Origin: a virus
DNA length: 64,000 nucleotides
Strand: one strand, 5' to 3'
Virus record (IMG/VR): IMGVR_UViG_3300021185_002756
Location: 34,238 to 98,237 of that record
Part shown: in pieces, positions 43,469 through 52,966 of the stretch
Layout of the letters: each line of letters opens with the position of its first letter
Numbering within the stretch: the first letter of the stretch is position 1
Notes under the pieces: generated by a model
What the model was told of the DNA's origin: nothing
The model's database searches: none
The model's input: only the letters and a program-made list of their open reading frames with translations
Made by a program: the position numbers and the translations under genes

Positions 43469-45651
43469 TATAGATCATCCTTTTTAAGTTGCTCTTCTAT
43501 TGCCGAACGTTCTGCATCGTTAAGTAACTCAGGATCATACTCACCTGAACCTAGTTTTTCAATTATATGCTTTATATACATTTCATTGTAAACATAAGAA
43601 GTTGATGTTTCTTTGTCTACTTGTATCCATGCCTCACCGTTAAACTTGTGCAGTGTGCTAGGAAAAACATCTGTCTTTACGTAAGTATCACCTTTAATTG
43701 GATGCGTGGGAAATGTATCACCAAATGTATTAGTTGCAAACTCTTCTAGTTTTTCATCAGACTGATCAATATATTGCTCCCAAGGTAAAACGTCAATTTC
43801 ACCATGTGCTAACATCTGTTCGTTGTTTTTCAATGTATCGTCTGGATTTAGACGTTTCCATATACGTTTTGCACGTTTAGTAGGATCATCCTCATCTTCT
43901 TCTTTCCATTCAAAAATATCTTCTTCTACTGCTTGAACTTCTTCTTCTGTTGGTTCTTCAACATTGACAACAACTGGATTTTCTTTGATGTCTTCTTCTT
44001 GCCAGTTATATATATTAGCAGTTTTTTCAACAGGTATTCCTACTTCTATTGTTTTAACTTCTTCTTCTTCAATCTCTGGATTTGGTACATACTCATTTTC
44101 GTATGCATGATGATATGTTTCTTCTTTTTCATCTGGCTCAGGTAACACTATATGTTCAACATGTAGTGTGCGTTCTAAGGGTTTAGGATCTTCGATATGT
44201 TTTTCAATATCGACTCCAGTTTCTCCTCCATCAGACTTATCCTCGCTTCTAGTCTCACCAGGCTCTTCATCTGCTGATCCATCCTCAACTGGTTGTTTTG
44301 GCTCTGGTTCCGCTGGAGCTTCTTGCTCTGGTTCTTCTTTATTCTCTTCAACCGGCATAGGGCTCGGCATCGTCGCAACAGTCTCAACTATTGTCTCCTT
44401 ATCCTGTCTTCGCCATGCAAATGTTTCAGTCGCGGCAAGTAACATCATTATAGCAAGCGGATCAAACACTGCTACGATTAGTATTATAACCCAACGAACT
44501 GCGGCTTCCAATAGGTTCTGATCTGGATTATCCCCGTAAATCAGTTGAGCTATGTATTTAACCGGACCAACCTCTGCTTCAAACTGTCGGTATTGCTTCT
44601 CAAAAACGAACTTCTCTTCACGTAAACCGTCGATTTCTGGTTGCATACTTTCAATGTTTAGTTCAAGTTCTTTTATTCTTTGATCAACATTTTTGTTACT
44701 GCTTCCGGCTTCTAGTGTGTACTTTGCAATATTTGCATTCGCACTGTCAATAGTTTTTGTAATACTTGCACGTATTTTCTCTACGTTTGCCTCAACTACT
44801 TTTATCTGTTCTGCTAGACGTTTGTTTATATTTGTTATCTCACGTTGTACTCTACTGGCTACACCAATTTCTGTACGTTTTGCTTTTGCAATTGCTTTTT
44901 CTAATGCATCACGTTCAGGCTTTTGGCTTGCACGTAGTTGATTGCCTTTCTTAACGTTATCCACGTCAGCAGTAAATACTCCACCTGTGGTAGTTCCTTG
45001 TGAGGTATATGCCGCTACATCTTTGTCAAGTTGTGCTAGTCTTTTTTCTGCAATAGCAATGTCTGCACTGGTACGTTTTTGTGCATCTCCAAGTCTTTTG
45101 TTTTGTTGTGCAATCTCTTTGTCTGCTTGTAAACGCAAGCCTTTTACTTTGCTATTTTCTGCATCTATCTGTGGTTGTATACGTTTATTTGCTTTGTCAA
45201 TACGTTCTTGTTCTCTTGTGATAAGTCCATCAATACGTCCTGATGTCTCACCTCTGTTTAGCCTTCCAATTTCTGTATTCCAACGTTCTACTTTTGCTTG
45301 TGCTCTAAGCAGTTTGTCGTCTATAACTTTGACTTGTTCTATTTGCTCTGTGCCCATGGCACTTTGTTCAATGTGACTTTTACTTAAAAAGCCAAATATA
45401 CCCATTGAAGTAATAAACATCAATACTGCTACTGCTGGTACCAAGTACAATTTCATCACAAATCTTGCACGTTGCCAGTTTTGGTGTAGCCATACAGTAC
45501 AGGCTAATTTAGCAACTTCAAGTATGCCACCCATAACAATAATAGGTATTACAGCCGCCGCAAAGATTGCAGTCAAACCAATGATACTATAGTAAGCGGC
45601 AATTCCACTTAGTGCTAGTGCTACAAATAATATTAATAAACCTAAAAGCAT
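43468..45651 (-). CDS. Membrane protein with long coiled-coil and acidic C-terminal region
   Basis: Three N-terminal TM helices, about 260-aa coiled-coil, EVGPVKYIA, fourth TM, Glu/Pro-rich tail. Confidence 0.8.
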   Translation of the reverse strand: MLLGLLILFVALALSGIAAYYSIIGLTAIFAAAVIPIIVMGGILEVAKLACTVWLHQNWQRARFVMKLYLVPAVAVLMFITSMGIFGFLSKSHIEQSAMGTEQIEQVKVIDDKLLRAQAKVERWNTEIGRLNRGETSGRIDGLITREQERIDKANKRIQPQIDAENSKVKGLRLQADKEIAQQNKRLGDAQKRTSADIAIAEKRLAQLDKDVAAYTSQGTTTGGVFTADVDNVKKGNQLRASQKPERDALEKAIAKAKRTEIGVASRVQREITNINKRLAEQIKVVEANVEKIRASITKTIDSANANIAKYTLEAGSSNKNVDQRIKELELNIESMQPEIDGLREEKFVFEKQYRQFEAEVGPVKYIAQLIYGDNPDQNLLEAAVRWVIILIVAVFDPLAIMMLLAATETFAWRRQDKETIVETVATMPSPMPVEENKEEPEQEAPAEPEPKQPVEDGSADEEPGETRSEDKSDGGETGVDIEKHIEDPKPLERTLHVEHIVLPEPDEKEETYHHAYENEYVPNPEIEEEEVKTIEVGIPVEKTANIYNWQEEDIKENPVVVNVEEPTEEEVQAVEEDIFEWKEEDEDDPTKRAKRIWKRLNPDDTLKNNEQMLAHGEIDVLPWEQYIDQSDEKLEEFATNTFGDTFPTHPIKGDTYVKTDVFPSTLHKFNGEAWIQVDKETSTSYVYNEMYIKHIIEKLGSGEYDPELLNDAERSAIEEQLKKDDL

Positions 45652-45658
45652 GCTGTAC

Positions 45659-45886
45659 TTATCTTAATTTGTGTGAGTTTGACATTTTTAAATCCATAAA
45701 AGTCTTAAATGATAAATCAGGAATAAGGAACCAAACAGTGTGTGCGTCTAGGCTCCACATTGTTTTGTGAAACTTTTTACGTATGCCACGTTGGCCTTTC
45801 CATTCGTTACCAAACCATCTTTTTAGTTCTGCAATGATCTCATACCATTGGTCAATGTAACGTATTTCAAAATAAACCTTGTGCAT
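45659..45886 (-). CDS. Hypothetical protein
   Basis: TAATG-coupled 75-aa ORF. Confidence 0.7.
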   Translation of the reverse strand: MHKVYFEIRYIDQWYEIIAELKRWFGNEWKGQRGIRKKFHKTMWSLDAHTVWFLIPDLSFKTFMDLKMSNSHKLR

Positions 45887-47271
45887 TAGATTTTCTCGCC
45901 TGCTTCAAAGCCTCTAAATCTTTCAAATCTAGGAAAACGTAAACTGTATGTTCCGTCTTGATTCTGTGTTACTGCGTCTGCTTTTACTTCGACAATATAA
46001 CCAACTAGACTATCTTTTCTAGTCCAAAAGTCATCCCTATCACTATCAGACAGGCCGCTTCCAACGTTAACACGTATGGTACGATCTTCGTCGACACCTT
46101 CGCATACAAGAGCTCCCAAACGTCCTGCATTTCTTCCTGTTCCTTCTTCAATGTCAATTACCTCCAAGTCTACTGTTATAACTGGCTTCCACTTCATCCA
46201 AAATGTACTACGTCTACATTCGTATGGAGCATCAAGTTTCTTAATCATAATTCCTTCGTAACCTTCAGCCACACAATCATTTGCATACTTTGCCATAAAT
46301 TCATGTGCTTCAGGCTCGTCTAGGTTAATTTGCTTGCCTTTAACCATTACAACGTTTTGCATTTGTACTCTATTTACTATACTTTCCAGTGCAAGTAGTC
46401 TATCAATTTGACTCATGTTACTAAAGCCACGTTTGAAATCCTCTAAGTGCATAAAATCAAACACGTTAAACACACTGTCAGTTGCAGTGTGATCTTTTTT
46501 AGTAGCACCTCTCATGAGTTCTTGAAAGCTCTTGCCAGTTATCTCACCATCAATAACAATATCATCAGTATCGTGTGATCTAAATGTGTCTGCTATCTTA
46601 GCAAGTTCTTCTGCAATGTGCGGAAAGTTTTCAAACTCTTTACCGTTTCTACTGTACAAGTTTACAGTACCAGTTGCATGGATGATTGCAATAGTTCTTA
46701 CACCATCTAACTTTGGCTCAATCATAACTTCGCCTGCAAGTTTCTTAGGATGTCCTTTTGAGTCTGTTGCTAGTTGTACTTCAAATACAGGAATCTTCCA
46801 TTCTGTTTTGCCAACTATCTTGTTTAGTGTTTTACTTGTGATACCACAACGTAAATCTTTAATAAGCACACGTCTTGCTAACAGGTTCCATTGCTCGCTA
46901 TCAAACTTTTCGCTCATAACTTGCACTGCTTCTCTTGCCGCATTGCCTGTAATAGTTCTTGTACGTAAACTTTCACATAATCCCCAAAATGCAACCCAAG
47001 GATTTTCTCTGTGTTCATAGCCAGATGTTTCAGCAACTTGTTTTATATTGTACATGAAGTATGGATTATATGCTAGGTAGCAGTTGTACAAGAAGCACTC
47101 TGCACTATGACTTCCTAGTCTTGCTGCCACAAGTGCTTTTTCAATTACACCTTCTTTGTGTAAGCGACTATTGCTTTCCTCGAGATCTTGTATCCAATCG
47201 CAAGCCACTTGTAATCCATTATAATTTTTTGAAGTATATTTTATTTTGTTTAGCACGAGTGATGTCTCCAT
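45886..47271 (-). CDS. ATP-dependent DNA ligase
   Basis: EPKLDGVR (motif I), SRNGK, IDGEI, FD, YEGIMIK, WMKWKP, SLRFPRF. Confidence 0.96.
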   Translation of the reverse strand: METSLVLNKIKYTSKNYNGLQVACDWIQDLEESNSRLHKEGVIEKALVAARLGSHSAECFLYNCYLAYNPYFMYNIKQVAETSGYEHRENPWVAFWGLCESLRTRTITGNAAREAVQVMSEKFDSEQWNLLARRVLIKDLRCGITSKTLNKIVGKTEWKIPVFEVQLATDSKGHPKKLAGEVMIEPKLDGVRTIAIIHATGTVNLYSRNGKEFENFPHIAEELAKIADTFRSHDTDDIVIDGEITGKSFQELMRGATKKDHTATDSVFNVFDFMHLEDFKRGFSNMSQIDRLLALESIVNRVQMQNVVMVKGKQINLDEPEAHEFMAKYANDCVAEGYEGIMIKKLDAPYECRRSTFWMKWKPVITVDLEVIDIEEGTGRNAGRLGALVCEGVDEDRTIRVNVGSGLSDSDRDDFWTRKDSLVGYIVEVKADAVTQNQDGTYSLRFPRFERFRGFEAGEKI

Positions 47272-47293
47272 TCCTGTTACATATCATACTATA

Positions 47294-47322
47294 AGTATAC
47301 AACGGTTCTATGGGTTTGTCAA
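47294..47322 (-). promoter_or_regulatory. Sigma70-type promoter for ligase
   Basis: GGTTGACA-N17-TATACT. Confidence 0.8.
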
Positions 47323-48063
47323 CCGTTTTTCTGGCCCTGGACCATCTTTATCTCGCTGATAGAACCATCCACTTAGACTGTAACGAGGATGGTCAGCACC
47401 TATGCTCACTGGCGATACAAAGTGTGTATTGATATCTACCTTACTAACATCCATAAGCACCAGTCTGTTTCCATACGGGATAATGCTTTCACGAATTTCT
47501 TTAACGTCATCGTCCATAATACAAAGTTGTCCTCCCCAATCTGGTTGCCATGCTGGATTGAAATAGAATATGTAAGCACACCATCTTCTCACATCGTTGT
47601 GCATTTTTAGCCAACTTTGATAATCATAAAATCCATAATTACCGTGTTTTGCTTGCATATTTGGAAAACCAGTGACTTCTGTAGCGAGGTCGTGAAATGT
47701 ATATTTGGGAGTATATAAACTATAATCTTCAGTAACATTGTAATTAAATCTAGTTACATATTCATTTGCATGTTCCTTTTTTGATTTAGCGGCAACAAAA
47801 ACATGATGAAAGTAACTGAAATTGCCTTTTGCATTTCTTATATATTCATCAAGAGTAACTTTAAATTCTTCTGTGGTATTGTAATCTACTGGGTAGGTTT
47901 GTACGTCAAGGCCAGTTGCTCTTGATCTAAGCTGATATGGAAATGCAAGCACCGCTTCATATAATGCTTGAATGTAGTCCTCTTCAAGTATATTATCAAT
48001 AACACAATAACGTTTTTTTGCAAAATCTTCTTTGGCTCTTACAATATTAGTTTGATTAAACAT
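47308..48063 (-). CDS. 2OG-Fe(II) oxygenase (prolyl-hydroxylase-like)
   Basis: MHND..R..AYIFYF...W..DWGGQL...NRLV...HFVSPV...RYSLSGW. Confidence 0.88.
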   Translation of the reverse strand: MFNQTNIVRAKEDFAKKRYCVIDNILEEDYIQALYEAVLAFPYQLRSRATGLDVQTYPVDYNTTEEFKVTLDEYIRNAKGNFSYFHHVFVAAKSKKEHANEYVTRFNYNVTEDYSLYTPKYTFHDLATEVTGFPNMQAKHGNYGFYDYQSWLKMHNDVRRWCAYIFYFNPAWQPDWGGQLCIMDDDVKEIRESIIPYGNRLVLMDVSKVDINTHFVSPVSIGADHPRYSLSGWFYQRDKDGPGPEKRLTNP

Positions 48064-50183
48064 TATGTTCTTACTATAATAGCATCAGCCTGAGCAACAG
48101 TATATGTACTACTGGCGATCTCACCAGGGTTTGCTGGTGGTGTTGTTGAGATTGGAGCATCGACTTGTATGTTTGCACTCAACAACTTATCTAAGTTACG
48201 TGCTTCTCTCATCGCACCAACTGCGGCTTGTCCACCTGTACTACTAAAGTTCATAACACGTTCTAATAGCTCACTTGCTCCGCCTGCAGTGGTGTCTAAT
48301 GCATAATTTGGTAAATTACTCGCAAGTTGAATTGCATTATTATCTTGGGATTGCACTACATCTAAATCTAAATCCATTTTTGTACGAATAAGTTTTTCTC
48401 TAGCTTGTTGGTCCTGCATACGTTTGAAATTACGTTGTATAATCTGTGCTCCAGGATTAGCATTGTAGAAACTGGTCATTAATGTTTTGGCAGCCGCTAT
48501 AATGCCTTCAAAGGCTGCAGTTTGTGTTGCATAGGTGCCGGCACCATATACACCGGCTGGAATCACAAATGGTGTAATCGCTGGAGGTGTTGGATCGTAT
48601 GCACCAGCAACAAAGTAATCTATAACTTTGTAAATGCCTGTACTTGCACTACCTGAGCCGTTATCAGCAGTAAACACATCCATTGCACCTGATGCAATTA
48701 ATTTTTCCATTTCTATTTTGTTTTGTTGTAGTGGAGCGGCACTGTTATAACCAGCGGCATAACCAATCACATCGCTTATACTGAATGTACCGTTTGGTCC
48801 TGTTGCAAGTGTAATTCCACTTTGTACACTATACTGTGTTGTCCAAAAATTAACAACCGCAGGCTCAACATATGTTGTTTGGTTCTTTACTAAATTTAAG
48901 TCTTTAAGTGTTTCAGCAGTCGTTGCTGCCGTTGATAAAAGTTTTGCAGTTGTGCCATCGACACCTTTTATTTGTCCTATGCTTCTTGATAATGCACCGT
49001 TAGCAACTGCTAAGTCATCTGGTAAAGCACCAGATAGTTTTTCACCAAGATCGTCAAATTCATCATTTACTGCTCCGTCAGCAGTGTAAATTGCTCTGTC
49101 ACCTACACTAGCAGTTCTAAGTGGTGCAGTAAGTGTTGAAAAACTTGAAGGAAATAGTTTTTGCGGATTCATCAAGTCTCCGCCTTTTGCTATTGCCGCT
49201 TGGGTGTTTCCGAGGATACCTTTTACGTCTCCTAATTCTGCAGTTGATAATCCATCAAATGCATTAAAGACTTGGCTCTGTATATTGTTAGGTAATGCAG
49301 GACCAATTTCTGCTACTTTGTTTAGATCAACACCTAAACTCCCAAGTGTGAGTCCGCTTGTGCCAGCATTCACTGCATTAGTAATAGTGCTTAAATCACC
49401 GCCTAAGCTACGTGCAATACGAGGATCAACTGATATATCCGCGATCTTATCATACATTGGACCAAGGTTACCCGCAAGGTCCATATTTTTAAGCAATTGC
49501 CCAGGAGAACCAAGATCGCCTATGCTATCAAAATTAATTGTACTACCAAGACTACCAAGGTCAGCGCCAAAGTCTGGCAAAGCATTGGTGATACCAGTTA
49601 AATTGCCACTCATGATACCATCCATGCCTGGGAAGGTTCCGCCGGCAAATGCACTTGCACTATTTGTAGCCGCACTAATCATTTCGTTAGCACTTCCTAT
49701 AAAACCTTCTGCACTTCCAAGTATACTTCCAAACTTTTTAGCATTTCCGAGTATGTCAGTTCCTGTCACTGATCCACCCATAGCCTTTGCGGCATCAGCC
49801 AATCCCGTTGGTAATACACTACCAATGCCTGCGGCTGGTCCCATCACTGCAAGAGCATCTCCTGAGAACACATCAAAGCCTGCACTAAAGGTATTGTCAC
49901 CTAGTCCGCTTGCCATATTACTAAATGATTGGGGCATAGTACCGCCAAGACCTGACACACCACTGATTGTGCTTGTAAGTGCAGTTGGTGCCGCTAATCC
50001 TTGGAAGGCAGCTTGATTACTTGTAAAACTAGCCATACTAACATCCCCAGTTAGCCCGGTGGTTGCGTCTTTAATTTGATTTGTAATTCCACTTGTAGAT
50101 TTTAACACTTCACCGCCAACATCGCCGACCATTCCTGCACCAGCAGTTAAGACGTTTGCGGTTACTGCACCAGCACAAGCCAT
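48063..50183 (-). CDS. Putative virion/baseplate-associated protein
   Basis: Gly/Ala/Ser-rich 706 aa directly downstream of PAAR. Confidence 0.55.
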   Translation of the reverse strand: MACAGAVTANVLTAGAGMVGDVGGEVLKSTSGITNQIKDATTGLTGDVSMASFTSNQAAFQGLAAPTALTSTISGVSGLGGTMPQSFSNMASGLGDNTFSAGFDVFSGDALAVMGPAAGIGSVLPTGLADAAKAMGGSVTGTDILGNAKKFGSILGSAEGFIGSANEMISAATNSASAFAGGTFPGMDGIMSGNLTGITNALPDFGADLGSLGSTINFDSIGDLGSPGQLLKNMDLAGNLGPMYDKIADISVDPRIARSLGGDLSTITNAVNAGTSGLTLGSLGVDLNKVAEIGPALPNNIQSQVFNAFDGLSTAELGDVKGILGNTQAAIAKGGDLMNPQKLFPSSFSTLTAPLRTASVGDRAIYTADGAVNDEFDDLGEKLSGALPDDLAVANGALSRSIGQIKGVDGTTAKLLSTAATTAETLKDLNLVKNQTTYVEPAVVNFWTTQYSVQSGITLATGPNGTFSISDVIGYAAGYNSAAPLQQNKIEMEKLIASGAMDVFTADNGSGSASTGIYKVIDYFVAGAYDPTPPAITPFVIPAGVYGAGTYATQTAAFEGIIAAAKTLMTSFYNANPGAQIIQRNFKRMQDQQAREKLIRTKMDLDLDVVQSQDNNAIQLASNLPNYALDTTAGGASELLERVMNFSSTGGQAAVGAMREARNLDKLLSANIQVDAPISTTPPANPGEIASSTYTVAQADAIIVRT

Positions 50184-50185
50184 AA

Positions 50186-50479
50186 TTAACCTGCTGGAAT
50201 AATTACGTCGTTACTTCCAGTTGCTCTAGTATGAAAGCATGTGTCTGGAGATCCAACGTAGTTGATTGGTTTGTTTTCTGCAAGAACACTCATTGATCCA
50301 AGTGTTGTACTGGCTGCACAATGAATAGAACATCCTGGAGCACCACAACAAGGATGAGGTGTCACTTTTGTTCCAGTTAAACAAGCAGGTCGGCCGTTGA
50401 TAATCACAGACAATGCGCCTGGTCCGATTGCAGTTCCACCTGCTGAGTTTGGGTCACCTATTCTTACTGCTCCTGGCAT
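50186..50479 (-). CDS. PAAR-domain spike tip protein
   Basis: GAVRIGD, SVIINGRPAC..G..VTPH, GS.SV..ENKP...G..DTC.H....GS.DV. Confidence 0.9.
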   Translation of the reverse strand: MPGAVRIGDPNSAGGTAIGPGALSVIINGRPACLTGTKVTPHPCCGAPGCSIHCAASTTLGSMSVLAENKPINYVGSPDTCFHTRATGSNDVIIPAG

Positions 50480-50481
50480 GT

Positions 50482-50781
50482 TTATCCTTTTAGTATACCT
50501 TTTGTTGGTGTTACAATGCCTGTACTTGCCTGTATATAACTTGCAATTATATCTTTGTTGGTTTCAGTGTACATTGTAATGTTATTTGTATTTATGGTCA
50601 CATTTTTTGTCTCATCTGCACTCATTAGTGCTGGTAATAACTGCACACCTTGTTGTGTTGGAATCAAAGAAAATGGATTAGAAATTGTAATTTTATTTTC
50701 TATGTCCGTACTAACTATTTTAGCAATAATCTCGCTACTATCGCTAAGCCTGAATGAATAAATTTTATCTTTTGCAAACAT
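50482..50781 (-). CDS. Hypothetical protein (Sm-like beta fold possible)
   Basis: SFRL...EIIAK...I.NP......Y.Q.STGI..P. Confidence 0.65.
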   Translation of the reverse strand: MFAKDKIYSFRLSDSSEIIAKIVSTDIENKITISNPFSLIPTQQGVQLLPALMSADETKNVTINTNNITMYTETNKDIIASYIQASTGIVTPTKGILKG

Positions 50782-52062
50782 TTAAAATCCTTTGTCAATT
50801 ATTGGGTTATTTCGATCTGGAAAATAGTCTTGTTGTGTGCCTTGCCTTTTTAGATCTAGTGTTATACAATGCAGACCACCATCCCAAAAATACCTATGAC
50901 GCCACGGCACATACACAGGTTCCATATTGTGTTTCTTTAAAAATGCATTTACAATCTCATTATCCGGTTGACTTACACAAACATGATGTTCGTCAAGCAC
51001 TAAAACATTTACATCAAATACAGTTTCTTCAACATAGCCGACCCAATCTTGAAGCCACGTTTCTACAAAATTTGTAAACTCAGAATTATCTTCCTCTCCT
51101 GGGACCCACCATTTGCCTTGATTTTCGTGCTTTAATTTCATAAAGGGTACTATCTTTGACCAACTTTGGTCTTGCAGATAACAAATATCCCAGTCTGGAA
51201 ATGTATCGTTGTATGTTTGTATTTCACGTAAACTAAGTATTGCTTCAGGTTTCACAGTGTGAAAGCATCCATCGTTGTGTCCACCAACATTTAGAAAGTT
51301 TATCCGGTAGTTTGGAAATAGTTTGGTAAACTTTGTAAAATAAGCATCTAACCATATCTGTGAAGGATCATCTTGATGTTTATCAAAAGTATTGAGAACC
51401 AAATGTGTCGAAGCTGGAGTTGGTAGACGCCCTACACCTGCTACATCAACATAAATGTCTTTTCCTACAACTGTAATACTAGGAGCACAGATCGGAAAAA
51501 AGTCTGAAGACATTTCTTTTGTCTGAATATCTAGTATTTCTGTGTGTACATCAGTGTTATCACTAAAAGGCTTATTATTACAAAACCTGTAGATAAATTC
51601 TTCGTATGACGGCCAATCTGGAGAATCTTTGCCTTTATGTCCTTGGAATGATGCTTCTTTCAATGGTCCATGTATTCGTAAAGTATCCGCACAATTATAT
51701 CTGTTAAGAGACTCTCTAATAGCAGGGTGATCAACTCCAGTGTAAAATAGTTTATTTCCAATCACTAACTGTTCGTCACGGGCTTGTAACGGACTGCGAG
51801 CTACACTGCTTATTTGTCCATCCTGGTTCACATGATTAATTATGCTATCGTTTAAATCTAAGTTTGGTCGCAGAACTTCGCATCCAAACTCTTTTAATAC
51901 ATTAGAAAATTTTTCTAAATCTTCTTGCGATTCACTTGCAATACGTTGTAGTGCTGATTTAATCCTTGTGTTTTTTATTTCGCGGAAAAAAGCAGGGTCG
52001 TAGCAGTCTCCAAGCATCACTGTTTGGAGTTTATCCCATTTGTTCCACACGTTATAATTCAT
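50782..52062 (-). CDS. Amidinotransferase family protein (second copy)
   Basis: WDKLQTVMLG, PLQARD, GGHNDGCF, FDVNVL, DGGLHCITLDL. Confidence 0.85.
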   Translation of the reverse strand: MNYNVWNKWDKLQTVMLGDCYDPAFFREIKNTRIKSALQRIASESQEDLEKFSNVLKEFGCEVLRPNLDLNDSIINHVNQDGQISSVARSPLQARDEQLVIGNKLFYTGVDHPAIRESLNRYNCADTLRIHGPLKEASFQGHKGKDSPDWPSYEEFIYRFCNNKPFSDNTDVHTEILDIQTKEMSSDFFPICAPSITVVGKDIYVDVAGVGRLPTPASTHLVLNTFDKHQDDPSQIWLDAYFTKFTKLFPNYRINFLNVGGHNDGCFHTVKPEAILSLREIQTYNDTFPDWDICYLQDQSWSKIVPFMKLKHENQGKWWVPGEEDNSEFTNFVETWLQDWVGYVEETVFDVNVLVLDEHHVCVSQPDNEIVNAFLKKHNMEPVYVPWRHRYFWDGGLHCITLDLKRQGTQQDYFPDRNNPIIDKGF

Positions 52063-52070
52063 GCTACTAC

Positions 52071-52319
52071 TTAGTAGCCAGAACCATTGAACCCTGTATT
52101 TTCTATGTATTCACACAAATCGTCATATCCACCAACAACATTACCGTGAATAACAATTTGTGGTGCAGTTTTTGCATTTGGTGCTATTTCTAACAATTGC
52201 TCTCGACTAACATCTGTTCCAATTTTATACTGTGTATACTGTACACTCATGTGATCCAGCAAATCTTTTGCCGCATCACAATAACCACACAAGTCTTTTG
52301 TATATATTTCGACACTCAT
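52071..52319 (-). CDS. Glutaredoxin
   Basis: CGYC active site, TAPQI, VGGYDDL. Confidence 0.95.
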   Translation of the reverse strand: MSVEIYTKDLCGYCDAAKDLLDHMSVQYTQYKIGTDVSREQLLEIAPNAKTAPQIVIHGNVVGGYDDLCEYIENTGFNGSGY

Positions 52320-52966
52320 TTACCTATCCTTTCCTTATAGTGTGTTGCTAACATCTCTCCCCAAATAGTACTATCTGATTCGGACCAATGCCAAAGATCA
52401 TTTTCATTTGGTTGGATACCGTTTGATAGATACCATTCTCTCATACAACCATTCAGATCATAAGGCATAAAAAATGTGCCTTGCCAGTCTAGTTGCTTAT
52501 CGCCTTGCATACCTACAAAGTTATCATAGGTAGTCCAAAACTGATGCGGTATTTCCATATCAGTCATTCGTATGTGAACATTGTATATTAATTCGTGCCA
52601 AAAGTCACGCATGTCTTGTATAGCACTATCTGTCATTCCATTACGCCATTTATAGTAACGTTCTTCCAAATCTTTTGGTACAGGAAAATGTGGACCAATA
52701 CATACTGATATATCTTGTCCTTCCCATTCCCATTCTTCTCTTTCCCACTGTGTCCAACCAACAAAGAATACTGGATCATCATACTGATCAATGGCATCTA
52801 ATGCTTTGTTTACATGTTCAAGCACCCAGTGATTACTTGCTCCACCTCTGCCCCATACTACTGCTTCTCCATGTCCAATTGCACGTGAAAAAGCATGCGA
52901 GCAATTCCCTTTGTGTATTTTCATGCCTGGCAAAATGTTACTATCGCCAATGGCAAGTACGGTCAC
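52316..52966 (-). CDS. SGNH-hydrolase-like hypothetical protein
   Basis: AIGDSN, GGASN, VGWT..ER.EW, late D.WH. Confidence 0.55.
   Translation of the reverse strand: MTVLAIGDSNILPGMKIHKGNCSHAFSRAIGHGEAVVWGRGGASNHWVLEHVNKALDAIDQYDDPVFFVGWTQWEREEWEWEGQDISVCIGPHFPVPKDLEERYYKWRNGMTDSAIQDMRDFWHELIYNVHIRMTDMEIPHQFWTTYDNFVGMQGDKQLDWQGTFFMPYDLNGCMREWYLSNGIQPNENDLWHWSESDSTIWGEMLATHYKERIGK

Noticed and set aside
49204-50016. Long antisense ORFs (also 23978-24574, 57358-58008, 59876-60601)
   Set aside because: Shadow frames of well-supported minus-strand genes; no SD or recognisable motifs
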